A stretch of DNA of 38,329 nt from Saprolegnia diclina VS20 (lineage: Eukaryota): NCBI RefSeq assembly GCF_000281045.1, contig NW_008246077.1:981939-1020267 (forward strand), written 5' to 3'. Position 1 is the first letter of the stretch. Each line of letters starts with the position of its first letter. Positions 20,387-30,914 of this stretch are shown one piece after another. The notes beneath the pieces are model-generated. The model worked only from the letters and a program-made list of their open reading frames with translations. It was not told the DNA's origin and did no database searches. Made by a program: the position numbers and the translations under genes.

Positions 20387-22942
20387 ATGCCGGCCGAGGC
20401 AATCGTCGCGTGTCGGACATGCCGCGCCGCGTGTCCGCCGACCTTCAAGTTCTGCGACCAGTGCGGCGCCAGGCTTGTGGTGCGAAAAGCCAAGTCCAAA
20501 ACGTCTAAGAAGAAGCGCGCCACGCCGACCGCACCCGAGGTACCAACGGCCGAGACTGGCTGGTTCTGGGGCGCGACAGCGACACTGCCGCGCCTCGTGC
20601 ACGCCAAGCCCGCACCAGAGCCACCGACGAACCAAGAAACGTGCGTCAAAGTGAGGGCACTAGCAGCCAAAGTGACGGCAACACCAACCAAGACAAGGCC
20701 CCCAGAAGGCCCGTCGACGGCGCCACCGCTCTTGTGGGGCACCTGCTTTGCCAAAGCCCAGGCCGAATACCGCGCGACCGAAGCGCTTCTTGTTGCAGAG
20801 ATTGCGGCGGACACCAAGATCATTGCGCACATGGCGGCCCAAGCCCAAGCCCATGCGTTCAAGAACGACGAGACCTTCCGGTTTGCGTGCCGGACCAAGC
20901 GCGAGCTCGAACGCAAGGTGCACGAGCACAGTGCCAGCCTCGCGCGCGTCCGACGGGACCTCGCAGCACTCGCCGCCAACGAAGACAACTTGTCTGTCGT
21001 GCAAAAGACCATTGGTGCGCAGCGAGCAGCCGAGACGCAGCTCTGGGCGTCGCGCGACGCCGACGCGCGGCGGGTTCAGCGCTGGTGGCGACACGCCCAC
21101 GCCCGCCGCGTCCAGCAGCACCGCACTTCGATTCGCATCTACCGCGGGTACCTCCACTACCGCTACACGGCGCGCGTCCATCAAATCTTTGGCTGTACGC
21201 TCTACTTTCGTCTCGACCGCGCCGACAAGGCGCGCAAAGCCCGGCTCGAAGTGGTGGCGTTCGCCACGCAGTTTCAATCGCCATTTGACTTTCACTTTCA
21301 GTTTGAGAATCCCCACGCGGTCGTCGCGGCTGCGCGCCGGCTCCAGCGCTACGTCCGGCACCGGCGGACACGCCACGGCTTTTGGCAGCTTCTGCTGCAG
21401 CGCGCGCGCCTGCTCGTGCTCGCCGCCCGGACGCAAGCCGAGGCCGCGGCGCGCCATGACGCGGTCGTTCGCATCCAAGCGGCCATGCGCCGCAAGCAGG
21501 CGCGGCGCCACGTCGTGCGGCGCATTGCACTGCGGTACGAAAAGTGCATGGACGCCACCACCTTGCAGCCGTTCTACGTGGACCGCGTCGCGGGCGTGAG
21601 CTCGTGGACCAAGCCCCGAGTGCTCTACGAGCGGGACCTCGAGGTCGTTGCCAATGGCACGACCATGGCCCGCGAGCACATTGACGCGTGGCTGCGCCTC
21701 GAGACGCCGCGCCGGCAGCGGATCGCCGCTGAGAAGATCCAGGCACGCGTCCGCGCCTTTCTCGCACGGCGTCGGCTGCAAGCGCTCGTTGCCTCCATGT
21801 ACGAAAAGCACGTCGACCCGAGTAGTGGCGCGAGCTTCTATTACAACACGGCAACGGGCGCGACCTCCTGGACGCGGCCCAAGCTCTTGGCCATCGAGAT
21901 CCTCGATGGGCCATTGGCAGTCGCCGCACCCACCGACGTGGTACGCGACACGCCCGCACCAGAGTTCGCCGGCAAAAGCCCAAAAAAATCCCAAGCGCTG
22001 TATGCTGTGGCCACGCCCCGTCGCCGCGAGCTGGCAGCGCAGACGCTTCAGTGCTTTGTCCGCGTGTGCGCCGCCAAGGCGCAACGCATGGCACGTACGG
22101 CTGCCATCTACATCAAGTGCGTCGACGACGAGACCCAGCGGTGCTTTTACTTTAATCGGGCCACGGGCGTCAGTCAGTGGACCAAGCCATTGGGGCTTGG
22201 CGCCACTGACTTGCCGACAACACGTCGGGGTGCAAGTCCTCGACCGACGACAACGAAAGCAAGGTACGAGGGACTCGACACGCCCCGTCGAAGGGTTGTT
22301 GCCGCCACGACCATCCAAGCGCGGTACCGCACCAAGCGCGCCCGTGATGGCCTTCGGCAGCTGCTTGCGAAAGCGATTCGCAAGTGCTACGACACCGACT
22401 CGCGCCAGTACTTTTACTACAACGAAAAGTCGGGGCTGAGCTCGTGGTCGAAACCTCGGCTACTGGTCAACGACGTCAAGGCAGCTTTGGCCCGTCTCCC
22501 GACACCGCGCCGGCGCGACGCAGCAGCGACCAAGCTCCAGAGCATGTACCGCACGCGCGTGGCGCGGACCCGCCTCCGCACCATGATTGCCGCTACATAC
22601 CAGCGGCACCTCGACGCCGACTCGCAAACTTACTATTACTACAACACGATGACGGGCCAGAGTCAATGGACAAAGCCGAGAGGCCTCGGCGCCTCCGAAC
22701 TGGGCCCGATCGGCAGCGGCCACATGGACGCTCTGCGTACACTGCCCACGCCCCGGCGCCACGACGTAGCCGCCATGCGTATCCAGGGGATGTACCGCTG
22801 CCACGTGGCTCGAGCAGCCGCGGCCGCCGCCGCCCACGACGTGTACGAGGCGTGCGTCGACGCCGACTCGGGCGCGCCCTACTACTTCAACCGCCGCAGT
22901 GGCGTGAGCTCGTGGACTCGGCCACGCTGGCTCGTACTATGA
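20387..22942 (+). CDS. Zinc-ribbon, coiled-coil, tandem IQ-WW repeat protein (851 aa, intronless)
   Basis: N-terminal CRTC...FKFCDQCG zinc ribbon. About 8-9 IQ-like motifs (IQAAMRRKQARR, IQARVRAFLARR, IQARYRTKRAR, LQSMYRTRVAR, IQGMYRCHVAR) alternate with six WW-like domains (e.g. YEKHVDPSSGASFYYNTATGATSWTRP). Confidence 0.85.
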   Translation: MPAEAIVACRTCRAACPPTFKFCDQCGARLVVRKAKSKTSKKKRATPTAPEVPTAETGWFWGATATLPRLVHAKPAPEPPTNQETCVKVRALAAKVTATPTKTRPPEGPSTAPPLLWGTCFAKAQAEYRATEALLVAEIAADTKIIAHMAAQAQAHAFKNDETFRFACRTKRELERKVHEHSASLARVRRDLAALAANEDNLSVVQKTIGAQRAAETQLWASRDADARRVQRWWRHAHARRVQQHRTSIRIYRGYLHYRYTARVHQIFGCTLYFRLDRADKARKARLEVVAFATQFQSPFDFHFQFENPHAVVAAARRLQRYVRHRRTRHGFWQLLLQRARLLVLAARTQAEAAARHDAVVRIQAAMRRKQARRHVVRRIALRYEKCMDATTLQPFYVDRVAGVSSWTKPRVLYERDLEVVANGTTMAREHIDAWLRLETPRRQRIAAEKIQARVRAFLARRRLQALVASMYEKHVDPSSGASFYYNTATGATSWTRPKLLAIEILDGPLAVAAPTDVVRDTPAPEFAGKSPKKSQALYAVATPRRRELAAQTLQCFVRVCAAKAQRMARTAAIYIKCVDDETQRCFYFNRATGVSQWTKPLGLGATDLPTTRRGASPRPTTTKARYEGLDTPRRRVVAATTIQARYRTKRARDGLRQLLAKAIRKCYDTDSRQYFYYNEKSGLSSWSKPRLLVNDVKAALARLPTPRRRDAAATKLQSMYRTRVARTRLRTMIAATYQRHLDADSQTYYYYNTMTGQSQWTKPRGLGASELGPIGSGHMDALRTLPTPRRHDVAAMRIQGMYRCHVARAAAAAAAHDVYEACVDADSGAPYYFNRRSGVSSWTRPRWLVL

Positions 22943-23024
22943 GATATGTGAAATAAAGACTCGAGTCGCGTTGAGGTGACATGTACAACAAACGTCGCTT
23001 TCGATTGAGTCTAGAGTTCTCTAT

Positions 23025-24451
23025 TTAACGCGACAACCAGTACGAGCGGCGGCGGATGAAGTTGTAGTCGGGCAACTCGTGGATGGGACCGACGGCGGCA
23101 AGGGCGTGCTCCTTGTCGTTGACGACCTGGTCGGCCGTGGCGCGGACGGCGGCGGCGTCGACAGCGTCGATGCGCGCAAAGATCTCGGCGGGCGTCAAGC
23201 GGCGGCCGTAGACCAAGAACTGGCGACCAATGTCCTCGCAGACCGGCGACGAGCCATCGAGCTGCATCAAGATCGACGCCTTGAGCTGCGTCTTGGCGCG
23301 CTCGACCTCTTCGTCCGACGTCTTGTGCACGAGGCGGACCATGGCTTCCATGATGTACCACGTCAAGTCGTTGAGCTTGTACTTGTCGCCGACAGCGTAC
23401 ACACCAAAGAGACCCGTGTCCTGGTAGCACGTGTTGAACGACATGAACGAGTGCGCGAGCTCCTGCTCGGCCACAACCTGGCCCAGCTTCGACGACATGT
23501 TCATGCCGGCGCTCGAGGTGCGGTCCCAGCTGCCAAGCAACGTCTGCATGACGAGGAGCGGGAACGAGTGTTCCGAGGTCCAGCCGTAGCCCTCGAAACC
23601 GATGGCGACGTGGGCCAACGGCATGTCATCGTCCTACATATCATGATGAGACTTTCCATCGCGATCGAAAAAGAATGTCGTACGCGAATGCGGATGTCCG
23701 AGCCGACAAAGCGGGGCGTCTCCAACGTCGGGGCGACGCGGGGCTCCGTCGGGAGGTTGCCAAAGCAGTTCTGGGCGAGGTCGACGAGCTGCGAGTGGTC
23801 GACGGCGCCGGCACCGGCGACGACCATGCGGGGCGCCGTGTAGTGCGTGGCAATGTAATCCTGCAAGTCGCCCTTGCTCAAGCTGCGGACGTTCTCTTCC
23901 GAGCCGAGGATCGTGCGGCCGAGGCCGTTGCCCATAAAGGCCGTCTCGTGGAGGCGGTCAAAGATGACTTCTTCCTGCTGCTTGTTGACTTCTTCCATCT
24001 CGCGCAAGATGACGTCGCGCTCGCGCTCAATGGCGGCTTCGTCGAGCTTCGAGTTCTGCAGAATGTCGCTCAAGATGTCGAGCGCCTGCGGCACGTCCTT
24101 CTTGAACACCTTGGCGTAGTACACCGTCTGCTCGCGGCTCGTGTACGCGTTGAGGTGGCCGCCCATGTTTTCGATTTCCATCTCGAGCTGCTGCTGCGTG
24201 CGCTTGGCCGTGCCCTTGAAGGCCATGTGCTCCAAGAAGTGGGCCGCACCGTTGTTGGCCTCCGTCTCGTAGCGCGAGCCGGCGCCGATCCAGACGCCGA
24301 CCGTGGCCGTCTCGCCGTGGCCGCCCTCGGAGGCGACGCGGAGGCCGTTGGCGAGCGTCGTCACCTCGGTCGCCGGGGCGTTGAGCACGTAGGCCGGGAA
24401 CGACTTGGACGAGAAGCCGCGCGAAAGGCGTTGAACGCTCTTGGACAGCAT
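23025..24451 (-). CDS. PMPCB: Mitochondrial-processing peptidase subunit beta (M16 family)
   Basis: Presequence [15 protein letters not shown], Zn motif [28 protein letters not shown] and the C-terminus [14 protein letters not shown]. One 50-nt intron at 23683-23634. Confidence 0.95.
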
Positions 24452-25124
24452 CTTTCGGATGGTTGACTCTGACTGCACCTCAAAGAAAAGTGCGGGGCCC
24501 CGAATATGACTTCATCAGTGGTGGGGAAAGTGCCGGCCTCCCATTGGCTAAAACTCTTCCAAAGCACCCAATCACAGCACACTGTCGACCAACACAAAAA
24601 ACTGACAGCTTCCTCTTTGCATCAACCGAACCGGGACCGCGGTTTGAACCGCCTGTCCGAAGCGCGCCGTCGTCCCCATATGCTTAATATAGCGTCGGAG
24701 AAGTGGCCTTTCGCCCCGTAGCGACCTCTGGCCGCGCGAGAGGTCGTTCCGTGTTTTAAAATCGCATCGGAGCTTTCTCTCGATCCAAGAGCGCGTCCAG
24801 GTGCTTGCCACGCGGCCATGGCTGAATGATGCCAACGCCAGCGCCATATAGATTGCAGTTGGCAGCTATCGGACGAGCAAACGGAATAAGAATCAGCGAC
24901 TAAGACATCAGGTGGCCCTGGGATGCCCGTTGGCGAAGCGCAGAAGTTGACGCGGGCCGTCCCAAGGCGGCCCACAAAGCGTGGGCCTTCGGCGTGCATC
25001 GGCACGCGACACGGTCCGGTCTTCTCCGGTCTTGCTCACAGCCGCATCAGACCGGTGTTTATCCGGATCCGGATGCGCGCCAGCGAACCCAGGTGAAAGA
25101 TCGCTTCTGGGAAAGGCCGCGATC

Positions 25125-25964
25125 ATGCCGGTGATCTATGCGCTCGTGGCGCGCGCCCAGAACGTCTTGGCCGAGTGCACCGAAGGGACGGGCAACTTTA
25201 TCACGTACTCGCGGGCGATCCTGCGGGACGTCGACGACCACAAGTACCCGCCCGAGACGCGCAACTCGGTGGCCGTCGACGGCCACGTCTTTTACTACTA
25301 CCTCAGCGACAGCCTCATTTACGTCTGCATGTGCGACGAGCGCTTCCAGAGCAGCGTCGCGTACGCGCTCTTGACGGAGATCAAGCACGAGTTCTTATCC
25401 AACTATGGCAACAAGGGCAAGACCGCCAATGCGTATGCGATGAAGGGCTTTGAGACGCACCTCAAGGGCCTCATGACCAAGTACGACAACGTCAAGATCG
25501 ATACCAAGCTCACGCAGGTACACAGCTCAATCCCTGCAATCCCATACGCGGGAAGAGGACGATGGCATTGACGTTAGGTGCGCGATCAAGTCAAGCACGT
25601 CAAGAACCAAATGCTCGATAACTTGCACCAGGTACAATGCACTAACTAAATCGAGGAGGCAGGGCACGAGCGGCAATAGATCATGGCGCGCGGCGATAAG
25701 CTCGAGGTTCTCGTGAGCAAGACGGAGAAGCTCCAGCAAGACACGCTGGCGTACGAGGGCGAGATCAAAGCGCTGCATCGACTCTTTTGGCTCAAGAATC
25801 TCAAGGCGACGCTCACGCTTGTCTTCCTCGTCGCGATCCTCATGTGGCTCGTGTCGTCGTGGATATGCGGCTTTGACTTTTCCAAGTGCAGCAGCGCCAA
25901 CATCCAAAAGCAGGTCGACGCGCAGGGCGCCAAGATCAACCTGCCCTTCACCAGCGCACCCTAG
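25125..25964 (+). CDS. VAMP7-like longin R-SNARE
   Basis: Longin N-terminus MPVIYALVARAQNVLAEC..., R-SNARE core (VKNQMLDNLHQIMARGDKLEVLVSKTEKLQ) and C-terminal TM. Introns at about 25518-25577 and 25632-25679. Confidence 0.9.
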
Positions 25965-26085
25965 TCATCGTAACTTGAACGTTAGATATCTCGTGGACGG
26001 AATCGAATGTATTATCAAGGAGCTCATCAAATGTAAAGTGCTGCGCTAGAAGCCGCGGCGCTATGCAGCACTGCACACGGTGTGC

Positions 26086-26937
26086 TTACATGTCGCCCGA
26101 CTCCGCTGCCTGGAGGTCCGCTTCCTTGAGCAGCTGCTCCGTTTCCGCGGCCGACAAGAGGCGGTGGACGAGCTTGCCGTTGGCCGACCGCGTCAGCGTC
26201 GAGAACTCGAGCTTCTCAGCCGTCGGCGTCGTCGTGTCCATGGTCTTGCCCATGACCTTGACCGAGAACTTGAGCGCCTCTTCGATCGTCATGTCTTCCT
26301 TGTAGTCGTTCTTCAACATGCTCTTGGCGGCGCGGTTGTTGGCACCAATCGCCGTCGCCTTCCAGCCGCCATAGTTGCCGCTCGGGTCACTGTGATACAA
26401 TTGGAAGCCAAAGTGGCGGTCCCAGCCAGCATAGAGGAAGGACACGCCAAAGGGGCGCTGGCCACCAAACTGCGTGTACGCCTGCTTGTAGTTGCAAATG
26501 GTCTGAACCAACTGCTCGCACGGCTGCTTCTCCTGGTACGAAAGCTCGTAGCGCTGGGCCGACACACGGGCGTAGTTGACGAGGATGTTGGCATCCGAGG
26601 TCAAGCCTAGACAGGTTCGATGAGCTTACCATCGGATTTGGGCGCGCAAAACGCACCCGCCACAGCGCAGATGATGTGGTCGTCGAGCTTCATCGTCTTC
26701 TCACTGCTCTTGACGGGCGCCAGCAAGGCCGAGACGGTCTTCTTCTCCGCTACATGGAGCCATGAGGTCCGCGATCCGCATGGCCATAACGGACGTACCC
26801 GCGATCACGATGCCATCCTTGGCGAGGATACCGACCGCAGAGCCCGCGTTGTTGATCGCCTCCATGGCGTACTCGACCTGGAAGAGACGGCCTTCGGGCG
26901 AGAAGGTCGTCGTGCGGCCATCGTATCTCCGGGACAT
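26086..26937 (-). CDS. PSMA4: 20S proteasome subunit alpha type-4 (alpha-3/PRE9)
   Basis: [28 protein letters not shown] signature and [23 protein letters not shown]...[16 protein letters not shown]. Two introns. Confidence 0.95.
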
Positions 26938-27648
26938 CTTCTCGCTGCGCTTTCGTGAGGCTAATAACTCTGAGGCTCCCAGACGCAGCCAGATATGCCC
27001 TTAAATAAGGGCGTTGCCGAAAAGGGGGTGGCCTCAAAAAAGGCACCAGCGAAATAACCTTGATTTAAGTATACTGCTTCCATCGAATCGATCTTTCATA
27101 CATATAGAATTTCAGGGGTCCAAAATGAGTAAATGGCTGGAAGATCCATATGCATTCTACGCCGATATAGGTTTTGAGAGGTATTATCGGTTGCTACCTC
27201 TCAGTCGCCTCAGAGCTTGCCACGAGGTCATGCCGGGTCCGCCATCCATGAACTGCAACATTGTCGTTCGATCGTTCACAATAAAATAATAGATGGTCGC
27301 AACCAAGATGAATGGTCGTGACACAGTGGCAGACGAGGCAATGAACATGCTTGTGCTGACCAAGCGCCTGGGTAGCGTGAGTGTGGACCTCCGCATCATG
27401 CAGCTCTTTCCGTGTCTTTATGGGTGGCACTACCGTGCCGATCCCCTTCCATGGGTGTCCTCGACAGACAGGTTCACGCACACATTTGGCACCAAGGCAT
27501 TCATCGCTTCTCAATGGCCCGGCGACATGGGCACAAGCAAAACCAACGCGAAAACCTCTGCAAAGCAACACGCTAGTCCCTCGCCACGACGAGATATGCA
27601 GTACTCATTCGGTGCTTCCGGGTAAGCCTTATGCGGATATTTCTGAGA

Positions 27649-28791
27649 TTACGCCTTCTTCGCCTTGGACGCGGCGAGGTTCAGCTTGCCAAGGAAGCGG
27701 GTGTTGGTCTTATGGAGCGTGTCGAGCACACCGAGGACCCTAGTAGATACATGAGCGCCAGCCAGGCTTGATTCGTCCGACCCAAAGCACTCGTTGAAGA
27801 TCTCGTGGTGCCAGTCGTGCTGGAGGGGCGAGTTGAGACCTGGAAAGTCATAGCCGCAGTGCGTGTTGATCGTATTGATCACGGCAAATGTAAACCACGG
27901 CGCAATGGTCGTAATGTGGCTGCCCATGATCGTTGGCCCTAGCGCCAAGGGCCAAGAGTCAGCTGTCGTGGTCATGCAACGAAATAGCTCGTACCCGTCA
28001 TGAGCGGCAAGATGTTGGCCACGACCATCTCGAGAATCGTGCAGTAGATCGAGACGACACCGATCGGCGCCGTAAACTCGTGGTGCAGCTTGTGAAACTT
28101 GGCGTAGAACGGCTTGGTGTGCAAGAGGCGGTGCGAGTAGTAGAACATAATCTCCTCGACCACGAGAAACACCAGCAAGTCACGGACGACCGTCGACCTG
28201 CAACACACACAAATGTAAGCACAAACATACCGCAAGCATGCAACGCGTACAGAGGCGGGATCGGGTCGCTCGGCGAGACTCCGCGCGCCGGCAGCACGTA
28301 GTTGAACCACACGTACGACATGGGCAGCGAGACGAGGAACTGGTTGCGCACAGCAATCTTGAAGCCCTTCCACGTCTGCTCGCCCGTCACGTGCTTGTCC
28401 TAGCGCAAAACGTGAGCGATGTCCGCGCTGTTCGTCCTTCGTACGGGCTGAATCTTGTAGTGCTGCGCCCAAGCTATGCACACATCCCAGATCTTAGTCA
28501 CCCGTGAGCTGGATAGATCGTACCGGGCTGCGTCGCGTCAATGACCATCATGATGGCCGAGAAGAGCCAAAAGGCAACGAACGCTGCGGAGCCCAAGATG
28601 ACGTTGACGACGCCGTCGCCGTACGTGGCAGCCCACACGCGCATGTAGCTCGAGTCTGCAACACAGAAGTGAGCTCCTAAGAGAAAGGCCTTGGTCGCAC
28701 CGTAGGCCGCGCGCGAGAGGAAGAGGAGGCTGCTGAGCCAGAAGATGGACACGGCGTTGTCCTTGGCTTCGGCGAGCGTCATGAGCGCCAT
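27649..28791 (-). CDS. Fatty acid hydroxylase / sterol desaturase superfamily membrane enzyme (FAXDC2/C4-methylsterol oxidase-like; multi-exon)
   Basis: Histidine boxes [20 protein letters not shown] and HCGYDFP...HDWHH, with TM segments. ORFs 28498..28791, 27998..28390, 27972..28481 and 27649..27975 are linked by short introns. Confidence 0.85.
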
Positions 28792-29512
28792 GGGTGCGAG
28801 ATTTGGATATGAAGGTCACGGAAGCGACGATGCTTCTTCAACCGCTTTGGCTCGTTTACGACTACGTTTCGATAAACAAGTCGCCGGATACGATTGAGTC
28901 TCAATTGAGCACCCGAATTGAGCGAACCGGCCAACGGCCCCATTCCCAAACCCAGCAAAGTTGTGTCAAACAGGTGGCACAAAGCACCGTCCAAAAACTC
29001 AATTGCTTTTGCATTGAATTGGATCCAAGATATGGCGCGCCGCGTGCGACCAACCGTGCATACGTACACAGCGCATAAACAGCCTCGTTCTACGTACACG
29101 CAGTATGGTATAGCACTGCGTACATAGGCGCTATACGAGCACCCTTGGCAGTACGTAAGGAACGAATTAGGGGCGTGAGAGAGCTCACGTTGGGCTGGCG
29201 ACAAGATCCAACCTTTCGCTGAACTGGAAGTTATCGGTTACGGTTATACAGCATTGGCGATATACTCCAACGTCTCCACTGTGACTTCCATAGCCTTCCG
29301 CGAGCGACGTGCTCTACGTGCCGTCATATTCGTTGTTGGTGCCAATGCGGTCGGTGAGCGCTGCGCTGCGCTCTCTGCAGGGACGTCGTCTGTTTCACAC
29401 TATTTGCTACCATACGCTTTTGCCAATCTACATTTTGCAAGTACAGTTGGCATTGGACGCACACTATAGGGGCCAAAGCGTGTCAAAAGTAAATAGTGTA
29501 TGACTCACTTTT

Positions 29513-29572
29513 ATTGGTGCGCGGAGGCTTGGCCATTCATTCGCTACTCTCGGGTGTTCATTTTCGGATTCC
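29513..29572 (+). promoter_or_regulatory. Candidate core promoter of NSA2: inverted CCAAT (ATTGG) plus oomycete Inr-like TCATTTTC
   Basis: ATTGG at 29513-29517 and TCATTTTCGGATT from 29558, about 45 nt before the ATG. Matches the YCAYTYY initiator pattern known from oomycetes; a motif this short could be chance. Confidence 0.4.
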
Positions 29573-29603
29573 GCGTCGGCGCTGAGGAAAGAAGAGGAGC
29601 AAG

Positions 29604-30386
29604 ATGCCGCAGCATGAGCACATGGAGATGCACAAGAAGCGCCATGGCGTGCGCATGGACATGGTCGAGCGCACGCGCAAGCGCGAGGCCCGCGAGGTGC
29701 ATCGCCGCTCGCAGTTTGCGCAGAAGGTCCACGGTCTTCGCGCCAAGCTCTACAACCAGAAGCGCTTCAAGGAAAAGGCGGCCATGAAGAAGACGATCGC
29801 GATGCACAACGAGCGCACCAACAAGCACGCGAACGACGACAACATCCCGGACGGCGCCGTGCCCGCGTACCTTCTCGATCGCGAAGGTGTCTCGCGCGCC
29901 AAGGTGCTCTCCAACACGGTCAAGCAGAAGCGAAAGGAAAAGGCCGGCAAGTGGGACGTGCCGATCCCCAAGGTCAAGCCGATTGCCGATGACGAGATGT
30001 TCAAGGTGCTGCGCTCGGGCAAGCGCCGCAACAAGGCGTGGAAGCGTATGATCACCAAGGCGACGTTCGTCGGCGAAAACTTTACGCGCAAGCCGCCGAA
30101 ATACGAGCGCTTCATCCGCCCCGCCGCCATGCGCTTCAAGAAGGCCCACGTCACGCACCCGGAGCTCAAGACGACGTTCCAGCTCGACATTCTTGGCGTC
30201 AAGAAGAACCCCAACTCGCCGCTGTACACGCAGCTTGGCGTGATGACCAAGGGTACGATCATCGAAGTAAACGTGAGCGAGCTCGGCCTCGTCACAACGT
30301 CGGGCAAGGTCGTCTGGGGCAAGTACGCCCAAGTCACCAACAACCCGGAGAACGACGGCTGCATTAACGCTGTCTTGTTGGTATAA
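29604..30386 (+). CDS. NSA2: Ribosome biogenesis protein NSA2
   Basis: 260-aa intronless [18 protein letters not shown]...[30 protein letters not shown]...[22 protein letters not shown]. Confidence 0.97.
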   Translation: MPQHEHMEMHKKRHGVRMDMVERTRKREAREVHRRSQFAQKVHGLRAKLYNQKRFKEKAAMKKTIAMHNERTNKHANDDNIPDGAVPAYLLDREGVSRAKVLSNTVKQKRKEKAGKWDVPIPKVKPIADDEMFKVLRSGKRRNKAWKRMITKATFVGENFTRKPPKYERFIRPAAMRFKKAHVTHPELKTTFQLDILGVKKNPNSPLYTQLGVMTKGTIIEVNVSELGLVTTSGKVVWGKYAQVTNNPENDGCINAVLLV

Positions 30387-30914
30387 ATGATGATATTAAT
30401 GATTGAATACAGTATATATAGTCCACAACCTCGATCTTGTCAGTTGTCGTTGACCTGGACGAGGCAATCTGGCACCCTTCGCTACCTCGGGCGTTGGCAG
30501 CTGCTTGATCACTGCACCGTAGACATACGATAAGCTCACTCCACCTCGTCGCGACTCTCGCAAAGCTCTGTGTAGCAAGTTGGCCGCGGGCCAACGGCGT
30601 CCATGATAAGGTTACTACAAGGGTCAATAAGAAATGACCCTTGCCCTTGGTTTCCAACACCTTTGCCAGCGCGGCCATCCTCTGATGTACAGTGTGGTGA
30701 CCGGGAGGCTGGCTTGGGCGTCCGCTTGTCTCTTTACGAAGACGTCGGACGTTTTGCTGGCGACCACGCACCTCCGAGTCGTTCACGCCGGATGGCACCA
30801 GCCTTTGCGTGCTGGTGCAAGGTGGTGAGCATTATTAATGACGTGGCAGCGCCCCGTCGCAGCAGCACGTGGTGAACTCACATTCAATTAGACTCTTCTT
30901 TATTGGATTCACTT

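Noticed and set aside
24639..24655. GGTTCAAACC T-loop/B-box-like motif suggesting a tRNA on the minus strand
   Set aside because: The loop is 6 nt, and no acceptor, D or anticodon arms could be folded.
27014..27640. Short ORFs (91-125 aa) and a 9-bp inverted repeat at 27175-27203
   Set aside because: No motifs and atypical codon usage. A 9-bp stem is within chance expectation.
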